Shown here one piece after another: positions 12,510 to 24,862 of a DNA stretch of 64,000 bases (the stretch's first letter is position 1; every line of letters begins with the position of its first letter). The notes below the pieces were generated by a model. That model was given only the letters and a program-made list of their open reading frames with translations, was not told where the DNA came from and searched no databases. A program made the position numbers and the translations under genes. Source of the stretch: Heptranchias perlo (Eukaryota); contig NC_090332.1 of NCBI RefSeq assembly GCF_035084215.1, positions 25,854,001-25,918,000 of the forward strand, in the 5' to 3' direction.

Positions 12510-12878
12510 CAAGTATAGTTCCAATGGCACCCTCTGATATCTTGCCCCAAGTGACCAGTACTCGTGTGTGAGCTTTGACAATGAGTTTCGGTAGCCTCTC
12601 AGAGCATGAGGAAGAAGGCATCAAAGCCAAATCCAATTCTGCCCTCATTCAGTGTGCGCATGTGCACTTCCAGCAAGGGATATTGGCTAGCAATCAGGAA
12701 ATCCTGGTAATTGCCCCACCCAAGGAGGGGAGTGGGAAACTGAGGCTAATTTTAGTGTTTCAACCACTGTGGCTGAGATCAACTAATTTAGCACCAACTA
12801 TGGATCACATCTGAGACCTACCTGTTCTGTATGGCTCAGCTACTTACTGGATGAACTTCTTGAGCCATTGGGGGAGCT
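12510..12878 (-). mobile_element. LF-SINE-like element
   Basis: Reverse strand ctgagccatacagaacagg...ttagttgatctcagcc...ccttgctggaagtgc...ggtcacttgggg follows the LF-SINE layout; homologous to 55830-56240. Confidence 0.75.
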
Positions 12879-13918
12879 TGGTCATATCTAACCAGGGAAC
12901 ACCTGATGCAATTGGGAGCAGGATGTAAAAATGGTCCTCCTCCCAATATCATTAGATCTAACTTAAGTATATAATGCACAGTACATCACTCTACAGGACT
13001 CCAACAGATATGATGTTGCTACACACACTTTCTCCTATATTTTAGGATACGTGTGCAGTACATTTGTAGGGATCATGCACACTGTTTCTGGCATTTAAAT
13101 CTAACAGTTTCACAATAAAGGAATACTCCACATAAGATGGCCTGTCTCTTATCCAACAATGTTTCTTATAAGAATCCCCAATTCAATTTTTTCATTCTCG
13201 CTTTTCTCAGAAAGAGCCATTAAAATAGTAAACTCCCATATGGCTGTTTTTTAAAAATCAGATCATGTTAGATCAGAAGATAGCTAATTGGAAGCAATAA
13301 CTTCCAATGGGCAGAACATACAAGTCATTTTTTAAAAAAAAGTACAATTGTAGATGGAAATCCCAATGCAAGATTACAATATAAATCATTCAGTAAAATT
13401 CAGGTCTTAACACATAAAACAGTTTATGAAAACTGTAAGCAGCTGATCAATGTTCTACTGAATAAACTGGCCAGAAGGTGCTTGGAATAACAGGCTAGGT
13501 ACAGACATGTCAAGCTGCAGCACTTTAAATCTTCATATACTTTGGAAATGACACAAAGCAGCAGCTATGTTCAGGAAGCTAGACATTGCCAACATACAAT
13601 CTTTTAAAATCAGATTATATGAGAAAATTCAAAGAAAAAAAAGCTATAAGTTATTATGACTAAATGTTCTTAGAAAGGATCATTATATTGTTTGTGGAAA
13701 AAAATTCTATTAGTTTTTCATGTCCTCCTTAGAACCCTCCACCAATCCATGTCACATACCATTCTCTGGTAATCAATATGCTGCACAACTTGGCAGCCAC
13801 AAGCATTCTTCATTTTAATGAGAGTTCAATGTTCAATAAGATTTGACCAACTGATCAGTGGGGATCAAACAACAAAAGATATCCAATTTTAAATCTGGCA
13901 GGATAGTTGTACAGTAAG

Positions 13919-14365
13919 ATGTCAGCTTGGCTCAGTGGTAATACTCTAACCTCAGAGTCAGAAGTTCAAGCTCCACTCTGGGACTTGAGCACATAACCTA
14001 TGCTGACACTTCAGTGCGGTACTAAGGGTTGATTTACATGTAAGGGGTGCCATCTTTTGGATCAGATGCAAAACTGAAGCCTTGTCTGCCTGTTCGGGTG
14101 GAAGTCAAAGATACTATGGCACTATTTGTAGAAAAGCAGGGAGTTCTCAGTGTCCTGACGACCAATTTATCCCTCAACTAACAGTCAAAGCAGATTAACT
14201 GGTCACTTATCTTTGATTTTTGTGGGATCGTTGTCTGCACAAATGGTTTGCAACATATGCCCACATAATAACAGTAACTATACTCCAAAAGTATTTCATT
14301 GGCTGTGAAACATTTTGGGATATCCTGAAGACATGAAAGGTGCTACACAAATACAAACTCTCTCT
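13919..14365 (+). mobile_element. tRNA-derived Deu-type SINE, near full length
   Basis: Head tggctcagtgg...gttcaagc, body tgtgggatcgttgtctgcacaaatgg, tail gaaaggtgctacacaaatacaa. Confidence 0.85.
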
Positions 14366-14747
14366 TGCAAAACAGAAATGGCCAAAAATGGACAACTATG
14401 ACAGCAGTGTTAACAAATGGATCTTTATACTCAGCTTTATACAGCATGTTTTTTCTTTTAAAAAAGAGTTGTGTATCATAATTTCAGATACAAGAAATAT
14501 ACACATAAATGTTTTGACACGAAGGCATGATTTTATAAGCATTGCCCATATATGTTATGCAGTCAGGCTTTTCCCTCCACTCCAATGTGAACAAACATCC
14601 TCAACATCACAGGATCATGGTTAGCTGGTACTTGGCACATTTTGCTTCACTGAAGAACATGAAGGGAAAAATAAAGCTTTGATCTAAATGGTCTAGCAGC
14701 TTAGCTTATGGAAACTGAATTGTTCAATTACATTATGTACTTATTCT

Positions 14748-16130
14748 TGTGGAGGCAGAGGGTATGGCTGAGGTGCTAAATGAATACTTCGGATCAGTCT
14801 TCACTAAAAGGATGCTGCCAATGTAGCAGTAAAGGAGCAGATAGTAGTGATATTGGATAGGATAGATAAAAAGTTAAAAATAGATAAAGAGGAGGTATTT
14901 AAAAGGTTGGCAGTATTCAAAGTAGAAAAGACCCGGTCCAGATAGGATGCAACCCAGGTTGCTGAGGAAAGCAAGGGTAGAGATTGTGGAGTCTCTTGCC
15001 ACGATCTTCCAATCCTCCTTAGATATGGAGGCAGTGCCAAAGGACTGGAGGATTGTAAATATTACATCCCTGTTCAGAGGGGGAGAGGGATAATTACAGG
15101 CCAGTCAGCCTAATGTCAGTGGTGGGAAAACTTTGAGACACAATAATATGGGACAAAATTAATGGGCACTTGGAAAAGTATGGGCTAATAAATGAAAGTC
15201 AGCACGGACACGTTAAAGAAAAATCGTGTTTGACTAACTTGATTGAGTTCTTTGATGAAGTAACAGAGAGAGTTGATGAGGGTAGTGCAGAGGATGTTGT
15301 GTATGTGGACTTTCAAAAGGCACTTGATGAAGTACCACATAATAGACTTGTTAACAAAATTAAAGCCTATGGGGTTAAAGGGACAGTGGCAGTGTGGATA
15401 CAAAATTGGCTAAGGGACGGAAAGCAGAGAGTAGTGGTGAACGGTTTATTTTCAGATTGGAGGGAAGTATACAATGGTGTTCCCCAGGTGTCAGTATTAG
15501 GACCACTGCTCTTTTTGATATATATTAATGACCTGGACTTGGGTATAGAGTGAATAATTTCGAAGTTTGCAGATTGCACAAAACATTTATAAAACATTGG
15601 TTAGGCCTCAGCTGGAATATTGTGTTCAGTTCTGGGCACACTTTAGGAAGGATGGCAAGGCCTTAGCGAGGGTGCAGAAGAGATTTACTAGAATGATACC
15701 AGGGATGAGGGACTTCAGTTATGTGGAGAGACTGGAGAAGCTGGGGTTGTTCTCCTTAGAGCAAAGAAGGTTAAGAGGAGATTTGATAGAAGTGTTCAAA
15801 ATCACGAATGGTTTTGATAGAGTAAATAAGGAGAAACTGCTTCCAGTGGCAGAAAGGTCGATAACCAAAGGACACAGATTTACAGCGATGGGAAAAGAAC
15901 CAGATGTGACATGAGGAAACATTTTTTTTTAAAACGCAGAGTCGTGATGATCTGGAAAGGGTGGTGGAAACAGATTCAATATTAACTTTCAAAAGGGAAT
16001 TGGATAAATACTTGAAGGGAAAAAATTTACAGGGCTATGGGGAAAGAGTAGGGGAGTGGGACTAATTGGATAGCTCTTTCAAAGAACCAAATTGCCTCAT
16101 ACTGTGCTGTAACAAACCATGATACTATGC
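14748..16130 (+). mobile_element. CR1 LINE, truncated, internal deletion near 15584
   Basis: ORFs 15170 and 15567 ([32 protein letters not shown]); decayed tail near 16120. Confidence 0.93.
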
Positions 16131-16823
16131 TTGATGCATAAATACCACTCTGTAATTCCAGAGAAAATCTGTTGATCTCAACAACAGTACCATGCATACA
16201 ATAATTAAAATTCAAGATACAAATCTCCAGTAAAATAACATTACCGTATATACAGTTTTAAACACCAGATTTAAGCCCATAAGTTTTTAAAGAGACTTTA
16301 ATTAAAATGGTTACTAACCAGGTCAGGTAGTTGATTTAGGGAAGTAACAATGTTCTGCAACATCCACAGATTCATACCTATAGTATATGAAGCATTTTCA
16401 GGGGTAGAATTCCAAGAACCTTAGATCCAACTAAGATGGTGTTTACTGCATTGGCATTGAGTGTATTTTAAATTCAAATTTACATTTGTCATATCACAAC
16501 ACAATTAAGCTCAATTCTGTACTTTGCTCGTCTTCATTACATGCCTTGCGGTACAATATTAAAATCAAGCAATGCAGATTAGATTCATATGTCCCTGGGC
16601 CAGAGACTGCAAAAATTGATTTTGAACATGTTCCAAAGCACTTTATCCTGATCTCTGCAAATTAAATACTGGAGGTTCAAGATTTGGATTCAATTCCATC
16701 TTCACTTTTTGAATTTCTTTCTGCACTCATGCAACTAGCTAATTTGATCTCTTATTTCCAGATCATTTAGAACCCAGGAAGCTGCCACTCAGTTATTAGC
16801 CCTTTAGCAAAAGAGAAAATAAG

Positions 16824-16874
16824 TGACGTCATAACACAAAATTCTGAAAACATTCTCGTGGCAGCGCACGTGCG
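16824..16874. promoter_or_regulatory. Candidate enhancer: CRE, N-box and E-box
   Basis: TGACGTCA 16824-16831; CTCGTG 16855-16860; CACGTG inside palindrome CGCACGTGCG 16865-16874; CpG-poor surroundings. Confidence 0.4.
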
Positions 16875-18620
16875 TCCATAAAGTCAGGAGCATTTCAACT
16901 TACTGCAACGCATACTGGAAAAATACAATACTAAGAAACGTTATCCAGGATACATACTGTCCAAAGATGTCAAAAAGAGTACAAACTAATACCCCGAATA
17001 AGATTGCCCATCTTACCAATAGCTTTTGACAAAAAAAACAAACACTCTCCTCTACTCTACTCTTTCCCATTTTCCTCCGGTCTCTCAGGACCATGCTCCA
17101 ACCCCAGGAGATGGACAGCTAACTTGCTCAGAAGTTTCAGCCACTCTCAACAGGCTGCTGGGTGTACAAATACTTAATGGCCAACTCAGTTCTTAGCATA
17201 TTTATCTCCATTCCTCATCTCTTCCCCCACATTCCGAAAATACTGACTAGTTGTATACCAGGACAACAAAGTTCAATTCTGGTAGGATTCACTAAAATTG
17301 CATGCATATGCGAACTGTTCTGCATTACAATGTTGGCATGGTGTTGACAAGTTCCTTGTGCACAATGCAACACTCAGGCTCGCATATTTTCAGGAAAATG
17401 TCCAAGATAATTAGGTGTGAAATGAAGACTACCAACACACCAGGCCCTAATGAAACCCTTGGAGATTTGGGGAAATTAGAAATTGGAGGTCCAAGATTTG
17501 GATGCAATTCCAATCTTGCTTTGTAAATTTTTTTCTGTAGACATTCTAAAATCTACTGTGGATGGTTACTGCCGAAAAATAATAGATTGTCCAATCACAA
17601 CTATCAGCAAAGGAAAACAATACTGAAGATCAGAATAGCTTCACCAGATAAAAGAGGCTCTGCAGTAACAGTTTATTAAAAACACAACAGAAGAGGGTGA
17701 GGCAGCAAAGGACTACTGGATTAATAATTCTGAAATATAATGGAGGCAAGAAAAACATAACATTAAGAAAACAGAAAAGTAAAATGTGAAGAAGCAATAA
17801 GTAAAAAGATAAAAATACAAACTTTTGAAAGCCAGTTCAAAGAACAATACCATAAACTGCAAGTGGGACAGCAAGACAGTCAAATTCTTTCAGGATACAT
17901 TTACGCTACAGTCTGGCATCAATGCTACAGTCATATTATAAATGCAACATGAGCCCAGAGTCAGTGCCCAATCTAACACTGGAGTGAAGCAACATGGAGG
18001 AGTCTTGCTTTGCTTTGTTGTCCATTCAGGCCTTAATATCCGATTTACACCACATAAGTTTAGCATCGATGCAAAGCCGAAACTGTTTTTGCACCTACAC
18101 TAAAACTGTAGTGTAATACACCCCAAGAAAACAACATTGCAAGGAGTTGCAAAGGAGCAATTAGGGTGTTATACAACACTGAGCTGCACAAAACGAGAAG
18201 CTTGTAGCGCTAAATCAGTTTTCATTTGAGAAAGTACGGGTAAGTGAAGGCTTGATCAAGTTTTTTCCAATGCTGGCAGGCAAAGATTTAAGCAAGCTTG
18301 CTGACTTAGTGAATATGTGAAACAGATTTCCAGGAAATGTGGTTTAACTTCTTCTAAAGGAGTTGGTTAGGAATGTGAATGTAGGTTACAGGAATAAATA
18401 TAGACTGAAATAGCTCCTGTGCTTCTGAGGACTAGGATGGGACATTCATCTGTGGGTAGCAGCAAGCCAAGGCTGAATACTGTAAATGTGAAGATGAATA
18501 AATGTTATGCTGTTCTGCAGAGATTATCTCTGTGAATCAGGGAATATTTATCCAGATCTTTCCAAAAGGAGATTAAATGGGGTAAACCCCACTGGCGAAG
18601 CTGTTCATGGTGTGGAAAAT

Positions 18621-18988
18621 ATTTTTTTTTTTAAATTCATTCATGGGATGTGGGCATCACTGGCAAGGCCAGCATTTACTGCCCATCCCTAAATTGCCCT
18701 AGAGAAGGTGGTGGTGAGCTGCCTTCTTGAACCGCTAGAGTCCGTATGGTGAAAGTACTCCCACAGTGCTGTTAGGTATGGAGCTCCAGGATTTTGACCC
18801 AGCGACGATGAAGGAACTGCGATATATTTTCAAGTCAGGATGGTGTGTGACTTAGAGGGGAACGTGCAGGTGGTGGTGTTCCCATGCGCCTGCTGCCCTT
18901 GTCCTTGTCCTTCTAGGTGGTAGAGGTCGGGGGTTTGGGAGGTGCTGTCGAAGAAACCTTGGCGAGTTGCTGCAGTGCATCTTGTAAA
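18621..18988 (-). mobile_element. LINE 3' end (same family as 472-1704)
   Basis: Collinear with 472-830; poly-T at 18622-18632. Confidence 0.92.
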
Positions 18989-19574
18989 TACGGCTTCTTG
19001 GTTCAGCTTTATCACATTCTTGTATCATAGTTGACACTGGGCTCATTATCACATTTTGGGCCCGATATGCTTTTCATCTTTGTAAATGCCTTGATATGCG
19101 AACAGTGGTATGGTGTTCCCCTTATGGATTGCTAGTTAGAAAATGTAAATATTCTAAATACTGCCACGGGAGAAAGAGACACACAGAATGAAAGAGTCAG
19201 ACAGAGAGAGGGAAGAGAAAGAAAGAGAATTTACAAACTGCTGCTGCCAGATATGGGACATCCCCCCCCAGTACTGTCAAGCTCATACGCTTCTCACTAA
19301 GGATAGACACTAGGGGCCCGATATTAGGAGGGAGGCGGGTTGGCAGCGGGGGGGTTGACTGGGCCCATGGGTAACGTGCCCAGTGAAATCGGGGTGCTCC
19401 GCACGCGATCGCAGCCTAATTGAAGATACATATGCGTGCTTCCGGGTTTCCCGTTCCAGACCTGCGCAGTGGGCGCACTTGCGCACCCACATCACAGGCT
19501 GTCAGCAGGAGGAGCCCTATTTAAAGGGGCAGTCCTCCAATGCTCCTCCTGCAGCAAAGAACCAAAATAATAGA

Positions 19575-21291
19575 ATGGAGCAGGCCAGATGCAAGGCTGC
19601 TCCAAGGTTTTCTGACTCCTCACTCCAGGTGCTGCTCGATGGGGTGAGGAGTAGGAGGGAAACGTTTTTCCCATCTGATGGGAGAAGGTGGCCTCCCTCT
19701 GCCACCAAGAAGGCCTGGCTCGAGGTGGCAGAGAAGGTCAGCAGCAGCAATGTTGCCCGAACCTGGTTCCAGTGCAGGATGTGCTTTAATGACCTAACCA
19801 GGTCAGCCAAAGTGAGTATACTTACGCATTCTCCCACACTCCGTCTTCCACGTCACCTCCACCACCACCACAACGCTCTCGCATCACTCCTCACATCCAT
19901 TCAACCATCATCCTCATCTTGCCTGCACTTACTCACCACCCCAGTTCCCATTCGAACACTACCACGCAACCCAATCCTCATACAATCTCATGGCTATGTC
20001 TCAAACGCACCCTCCCATGCATCTCCCTCACGGTCACCCCCACCCACACCAACGCATTCAGCGGGTCACTATGCAACAGTCACTCAATCGCACCTCTCTG
20101 TGTTTTGCCTTGATAGAAGAGATGCCAGAATGCCCGGGAGAGGGCAAGGACCGGAGGGGGCCCACCACATCAGGTGGTCCTAACGGACGCGGAGCAGCAG
20201 GCAATGGAAATAAGCCGCACGCTGGAGTGCCTGCTCGTGGCAGATGTCGAGACTGGGAGCGCATAAACGGTTGGTGACAGAAATCTAACACTCAGCACTC
20301 ATGATAGCGAATGATCTTAACATCACTTGGCATCTGCAGCACCTCAACATCTGTCCACATGCTTAATATTGCTTTCTGTTCTCTTGCAGGGCCATCTGCA
20401 ATCGCCGTGAGTGCGGAGGGCAATTCCTCAGAGGACCTGCCGGCCTCTGAGGGGGCATCGTCACATCTGAGCCAGCCATCCACCAGCGCAGATACACACA
20501 CCTCGGTGGGTCCCCGTCCTCATTTAGTCGGGCTTGCACATGGTGAGTCACCACGCACATGTGAGCTCGAGCAGACCCTAGTGGCAGGGGCAGCCGTGGA
20601 GAGTCCATGTCGGTGGGAGCACTCTTCTCCAGGCTCTGCTCAGCTGGACACAGATGCTGGACCCTGGGGGCCGGCCATGAAAAGGAGAGTCATCGAGGGC
20701 CAGCAGCACATTGCCGAGGTACTGGAACAGTTGCCACGCTCACTCTCCACAATCGCGCAAAGGATGGAGGAGTCCAACTCCTGCATGAGTGGAATACTAT
20801 CACAGGGACGTGAAGGCATCTCTGAGATAGTGTCGTGGGTAAGTGCAGGAACGTCTGCGATGGAGGGAAGGCTAGCCTCCATTGAGCTTCAAGCACGGCT
20901 CAACAACGAGTCCATTCAGGCCCTGACAACGGCCGTTCGGATTCAGGGTGAGCAACTTTCTGCCGCCTTAAACAGGCTGACAGATACATTACAACTGGTC
21001 TTCAAAGGCTTCACACAAGTCCTCCAAACTGTCGTCCAGCAGGGTGGAAGGAGTGATGTGGGCCTGGCCCAGGAGAGGGATGATGGTGAAGGGGGACATG
21101 GAAGTAGGGACGCCACTCAAAGTGCTCACACGTCTCACCCGTTGCCCCCGTCTCAAGCAGTACCCGCAATGCTGCCACTTCTCCAGGTGGCCGAGTCTGC
21201 CCCTGCACAGGTGCAAGTGGAGCAGTCTTTGGAGGGGCCCTCCCGGGCACCGAAACCCAGAGCGCGTCCGCGCAAAGCATCTCATTGGTAG
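19575..21291 (+). pseudogene. Harbinger Myb/SANT-like DNA-binding protein gene; exons 19575-19811, 20117-20273, 20390-21291; in-frame TAA at 20264-20266
   Basis: PRFSDSSLQVLL...KKAWLEVAEKV...RTWFQCRMCFNDL trihelix; RERARTGGGP in exon 2; GT-AG sites with compatible phases; TATTTAAA at 19518-19525. Confidence 0.85.
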
Positions 21292-21611
21292 GGCATGAAC
21301 AAGAGCAATCTGCCACTACCTCTGCTGAAGCCACAGGGGTAGCACCACATAGGGGTTCCTGTAAATGTAAGGCTAAGGTTTTGTGAGCACAAAGGGGATG
21401 CACAAGGGTGTATGACAGAATGTCATGTTTTTCATTTAGTTTTATTTGTTTTGCTAAGCACATTAAATTTGTTATCACCACTACTGCCACGTCTTTGCAA
21501 ATCTTGTCTGGTTAGTGCAATAATTCCCTTTCCTGAGGATCACCATGAAGACCCACACCTGATGCAAATCATTGTGTCACTGCAGAGTGGGTGTAGGTGT
21601 ATTTGCAGGGC

Positions 21612-22025
21612 TGTTTTGTGCAGACGACTGAGAGACACCAGTGATGTCCCCGGTGGCACCCTGGAAGGACCCAGAGGGGAAGTTGTTGAGGCAGTGGAGA
21701 CTTTGACAGCGACAGGTAAGATGATGGTGCTCAGGCCAGCCGGAAGCAGCTCGGCATCAAGGAGGCTGCAGATGTCCACGACAACATGTCGAGTGACTCT
21801 GAGCCTCCGTGTACACTGCTCCTCAGAGAGGTCCAGGAAGCTGACCCTCAGTCTGTAAGCCCTGTGACGACGCATCTCTCTCTGTGGTTGCCCTCCCTCC
21901 TGCTGTGCAGAGGAATGTGTCACAGCACTGTATCGTGGAGCTCCACGTGTCAGAGGTGGACGGTGTGGCCGGTGATGCTGTTTGTCCTCCAATGAGGTCA
22001 TGACTGCAGTTATGACGGCCCCCAT
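21612..22025 (-). pseudogene. Harbinger (HARBI1-like) transposase N-terminus only; DDE core deleted
   Basis: RAYRLRVSFLDLSEEQCTRRLRV...LPVAVKV, then in a shifted frame SGSFQGATGDITGVSQSS; no DGTH- or DxGY-like motif follows. Confidence 0.85.
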
Positions 22026-24493
22026 CCGCAAGACGTACGCTTGAGGGGGTCCGCAAGGTAGGTAAGTGTGTCTGTACACTGGAGTTGAGATGCCAAGTTT
22101 GTGAATTTTTGTGTTAGAAGGAGGGTGGTGCAGGCCAACCTTTGTCCAAAGTGACAGAGTGGCCTCCTGCAATGAGTGAGGGTCTCCCCCCCGACCGGTC
22201 AAATGGACCTTTGCAGCTCCCAAAGGCTGGTGGCTGCAACACGTCTGTTTCAACTTCCCCCCCGTATGGGAAACACGCTCAGTTGAGATGAAAATCCCAC
22301 CCCTCCTAAAATATCCTCCCAATCAGGTCTGCAAATGACCTGAATTATCTAATTAATTGGTTTAAATGGGATCCCGCCGGCTTTAATTGCCGGTGGGAGT
22401 CCCGCATGCGGGGGCTGCGCGCGCATCTAAGCACGTCATTGGGGAACCCAGAAGTGGGCGGGTTGGAGCCGGGCTCCGGACCCCCCCCCCCCCCGGGAAT
22501 CCCAAATTTTAAGCAGTCCCCCCACCACGAACGCACCCGCTCAGCCATCCAAAAATCGATCCCTAGAAATCTACCACCAAGTCTGCTGCTAAATCACAGG
22601 AATCCCACTACGTGCTGTCAAACTCCAGGAACCCCAACTTCTTTCTGTCAAAACCAAGGACCCCTCCCCCACCCCCAACATCACCACCACCCCAAGCAAA
22701 CACGGCTCCATATGTAATCTAAGCAAAAAAAAATTAGAACAAGTCAGACTCTTGTCCCCAAGTTAAAAAGTTCTGCAACTACAGGCTAACATTTTTTTAT
22801 TGAAAAAGACATCAATGCATGAAATATTAAAATACATTGGATTGTATGCATTTCTGTCTTTAAGACAAGTTAAGTAGCTGATCACTAAAAACTGCTGAAT
22901 ACCACAAGTGCCAACTTGGGCAACTACTCCCTTCGTGTCGATGCTGGGGGTAAACTTTCTTTTGTTGTTCCACCTCATCGCTAAGGTGAGTTATAGCCCT
23001 GTTTGGTTATTTATCTCTTTCTTTAAGCGAATATTAAAAACATATTTTAATTTATATATTGTTGGCCATATCTCACGACCTAGCTCCAGACAATACATAT
23101 CTTTGTGTTGCACAGCATAAACTAACACGGGAACTGATAATGCTGCCTGAGTATTAATGTCAACACAAGGGATGGACTATTTCCTAAATCAATCAAAAGC
23201 AGCATTCCACAAGTACAGATTGGATTGTACATTGACCTTCTATGGCTTCCACTCAGGCAAACGTTTGCTTTACCATGAACATAACATTTCCCAGCTTCAA
23301 TAATGTGCATATAATTAAAATGAAAGATAAGCAAAGTTAGAAGAAGCTGATATTTACTGGCAACACATGTATATATGTGAATACTGCTCAAGTGCTTTAT
23401 CTTTTCATATTTGAAGTTGAGGAGCAGACTGGCTTATTTGATGTGCCATGTGTTACTTTTATTTCCAGTTCCAACACATTACTGAAGTTCTGAAATCTTC
23501 CAGTCTCTGTGATTTCAGCCATAGTCTCCACTGCCCACTGCTATATTGTCCCACTGTTCTGATAAAAAATACCAGTCCTTCCAGTTGTCTGGATGTGCAA
23601 GGAGAACAGTTTCAGCTTTATGAAATTATTCCACTTGAGAAACATTACATCATCAACTTGGGGGCAGATGTTGGCTGCTGTACTAGATACACCAACGACA
23701 CATTAGCCCCATTGGAGGCAAAATAGGTGGACATCATTGCTTTTAGTCAATGGTTTTATTGTATGGAAACAATGACATATTTCATCTTTCTGGCTTTTCT
23801 CAAAAGTTAAGAGGTTGTCAGTGGAAAGCACAGTGTACAGTGACTGAGTGCTTAATGCAATATATATTGTATTTACAGTAGTATAGGGCCAATATTTCAA
23901 AAGCACTGGATTTTGTAACAGTTCTGTACATAGTATTCATGGATGATTAGCACTGCCGTTTAAAATTGCACTTTAAAACTAAAACATGCTTACAGATTAA
24001 TCTATACACCCATCTCTGAGAATGTATTAACTGGCAACATTCTATTCACTATATCTAGAAACTCTGCTGAGTTTCAAAATAGTCCTGGAATGTAACACAG
24101 TGATTGTTTTATAATATGCACAAAGTACTTTATCTTCTGAACATTGTATCCTTGTAAATGGCACAATCTTATACTAACACAGCCAGAATTCTCACCATTG
24201 TTCTACATTGACATTGCACCTCTGCTGTTGCAGACTCCTAATGTCATCCACTAATAGGTTAAATATTCTCCTGAGGTAACAAGGAAAATATTCAATAAAT
24301 TACCTGCTACTGTACCATGTAACAGTCAGGGGTGAATCTAGGCACCTAAAAGGTCCTGTATTGCTTTGGATGAATCTAGGCATACATTGGTTTGGTTTGA
24401 TCAGACAATTATGGCTCTACCACTTGTGCACACCTGGTACAAACTTAGTTTACAGCAGCACATGCCCTTGAAATTCACCCATGCCTTCTATTT

Positions 24494-24862
24494 TGGGTTG
24501 CCAACTCTGGTTGGACGTACTCCTGGAGGTTTCATTACAAGACCTCCTACCTCCAACTGCCCCGCCCCCACACTCCCGTAATTAGTCACCCGACACATAC
24601 ATCGTTGCAGTACACCGCCTTCCCATGCTAATTGGAAAGTGAACAAAATCTTCATCACTCGATTGGATGAATCTTGAAGTCAGTCAAACAGCCATTTTTC
24701 CCATTGCCAATATTTTTATGATTAATACACAAAAGTGTTCAAAGAAAATGAAGAAAAACACACAATTTCTATTAACCACCCTGTGAGTTTTCTCCTGGAT
24801 TACTTCCAGCAGTAGATTAATCTTTCATTCCTGGAGACTCCAGGCCAGTCCTACTAACCCTA
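24494..24862. mobile_element. Non-autonomous DNA element, possibly hAT-type
   Basis: Begins gggttgccaac, ends in degenerate ...ctaacccta; repeated tcctggag subterminal motifs; no clear TSD. Confidence 0.5.

Larger units (their letters stand above)
19314..22563. mobile_element. PIF/Harbinger DNA transposon, 3250 bp, both ends present, non-autonomous
   Basis: TSD TAG at 19311-19313 and 22564-22566; imperfect TIRs GGGCCCGATATTAGGAGGG vs GGGATCGATTTTTGGATGG (14/19); convergent Myb-like and transposase genes. Confidence 0.93.

Noticed and set aside
13919-14000. tRNA genes at the SINE heads (also 4065 and 53372)
   Set aside because: Degenerate cloverleaf continuing into a SINE body and tail
19383-20183. 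266-aa ORF as a real single-exon protein with a His/Pro-rich tail
   Set aside because: The tail after SAK is read-through into the intron that begins gtgagt at 19812; the likely start is ATG 19575
21540-22322. 260-aa ORF as an intact transposase
   Set aside because: The first ~100 aa look like UTR, a frameshift follows VAVKV, and the catalytic motifs are absent
22900-22991. Plus-strand exon ending AAG|gtgagt at 22985
   Set aside because: No convincing acceptor, promoter or coding signal; isolated donors occur by chance
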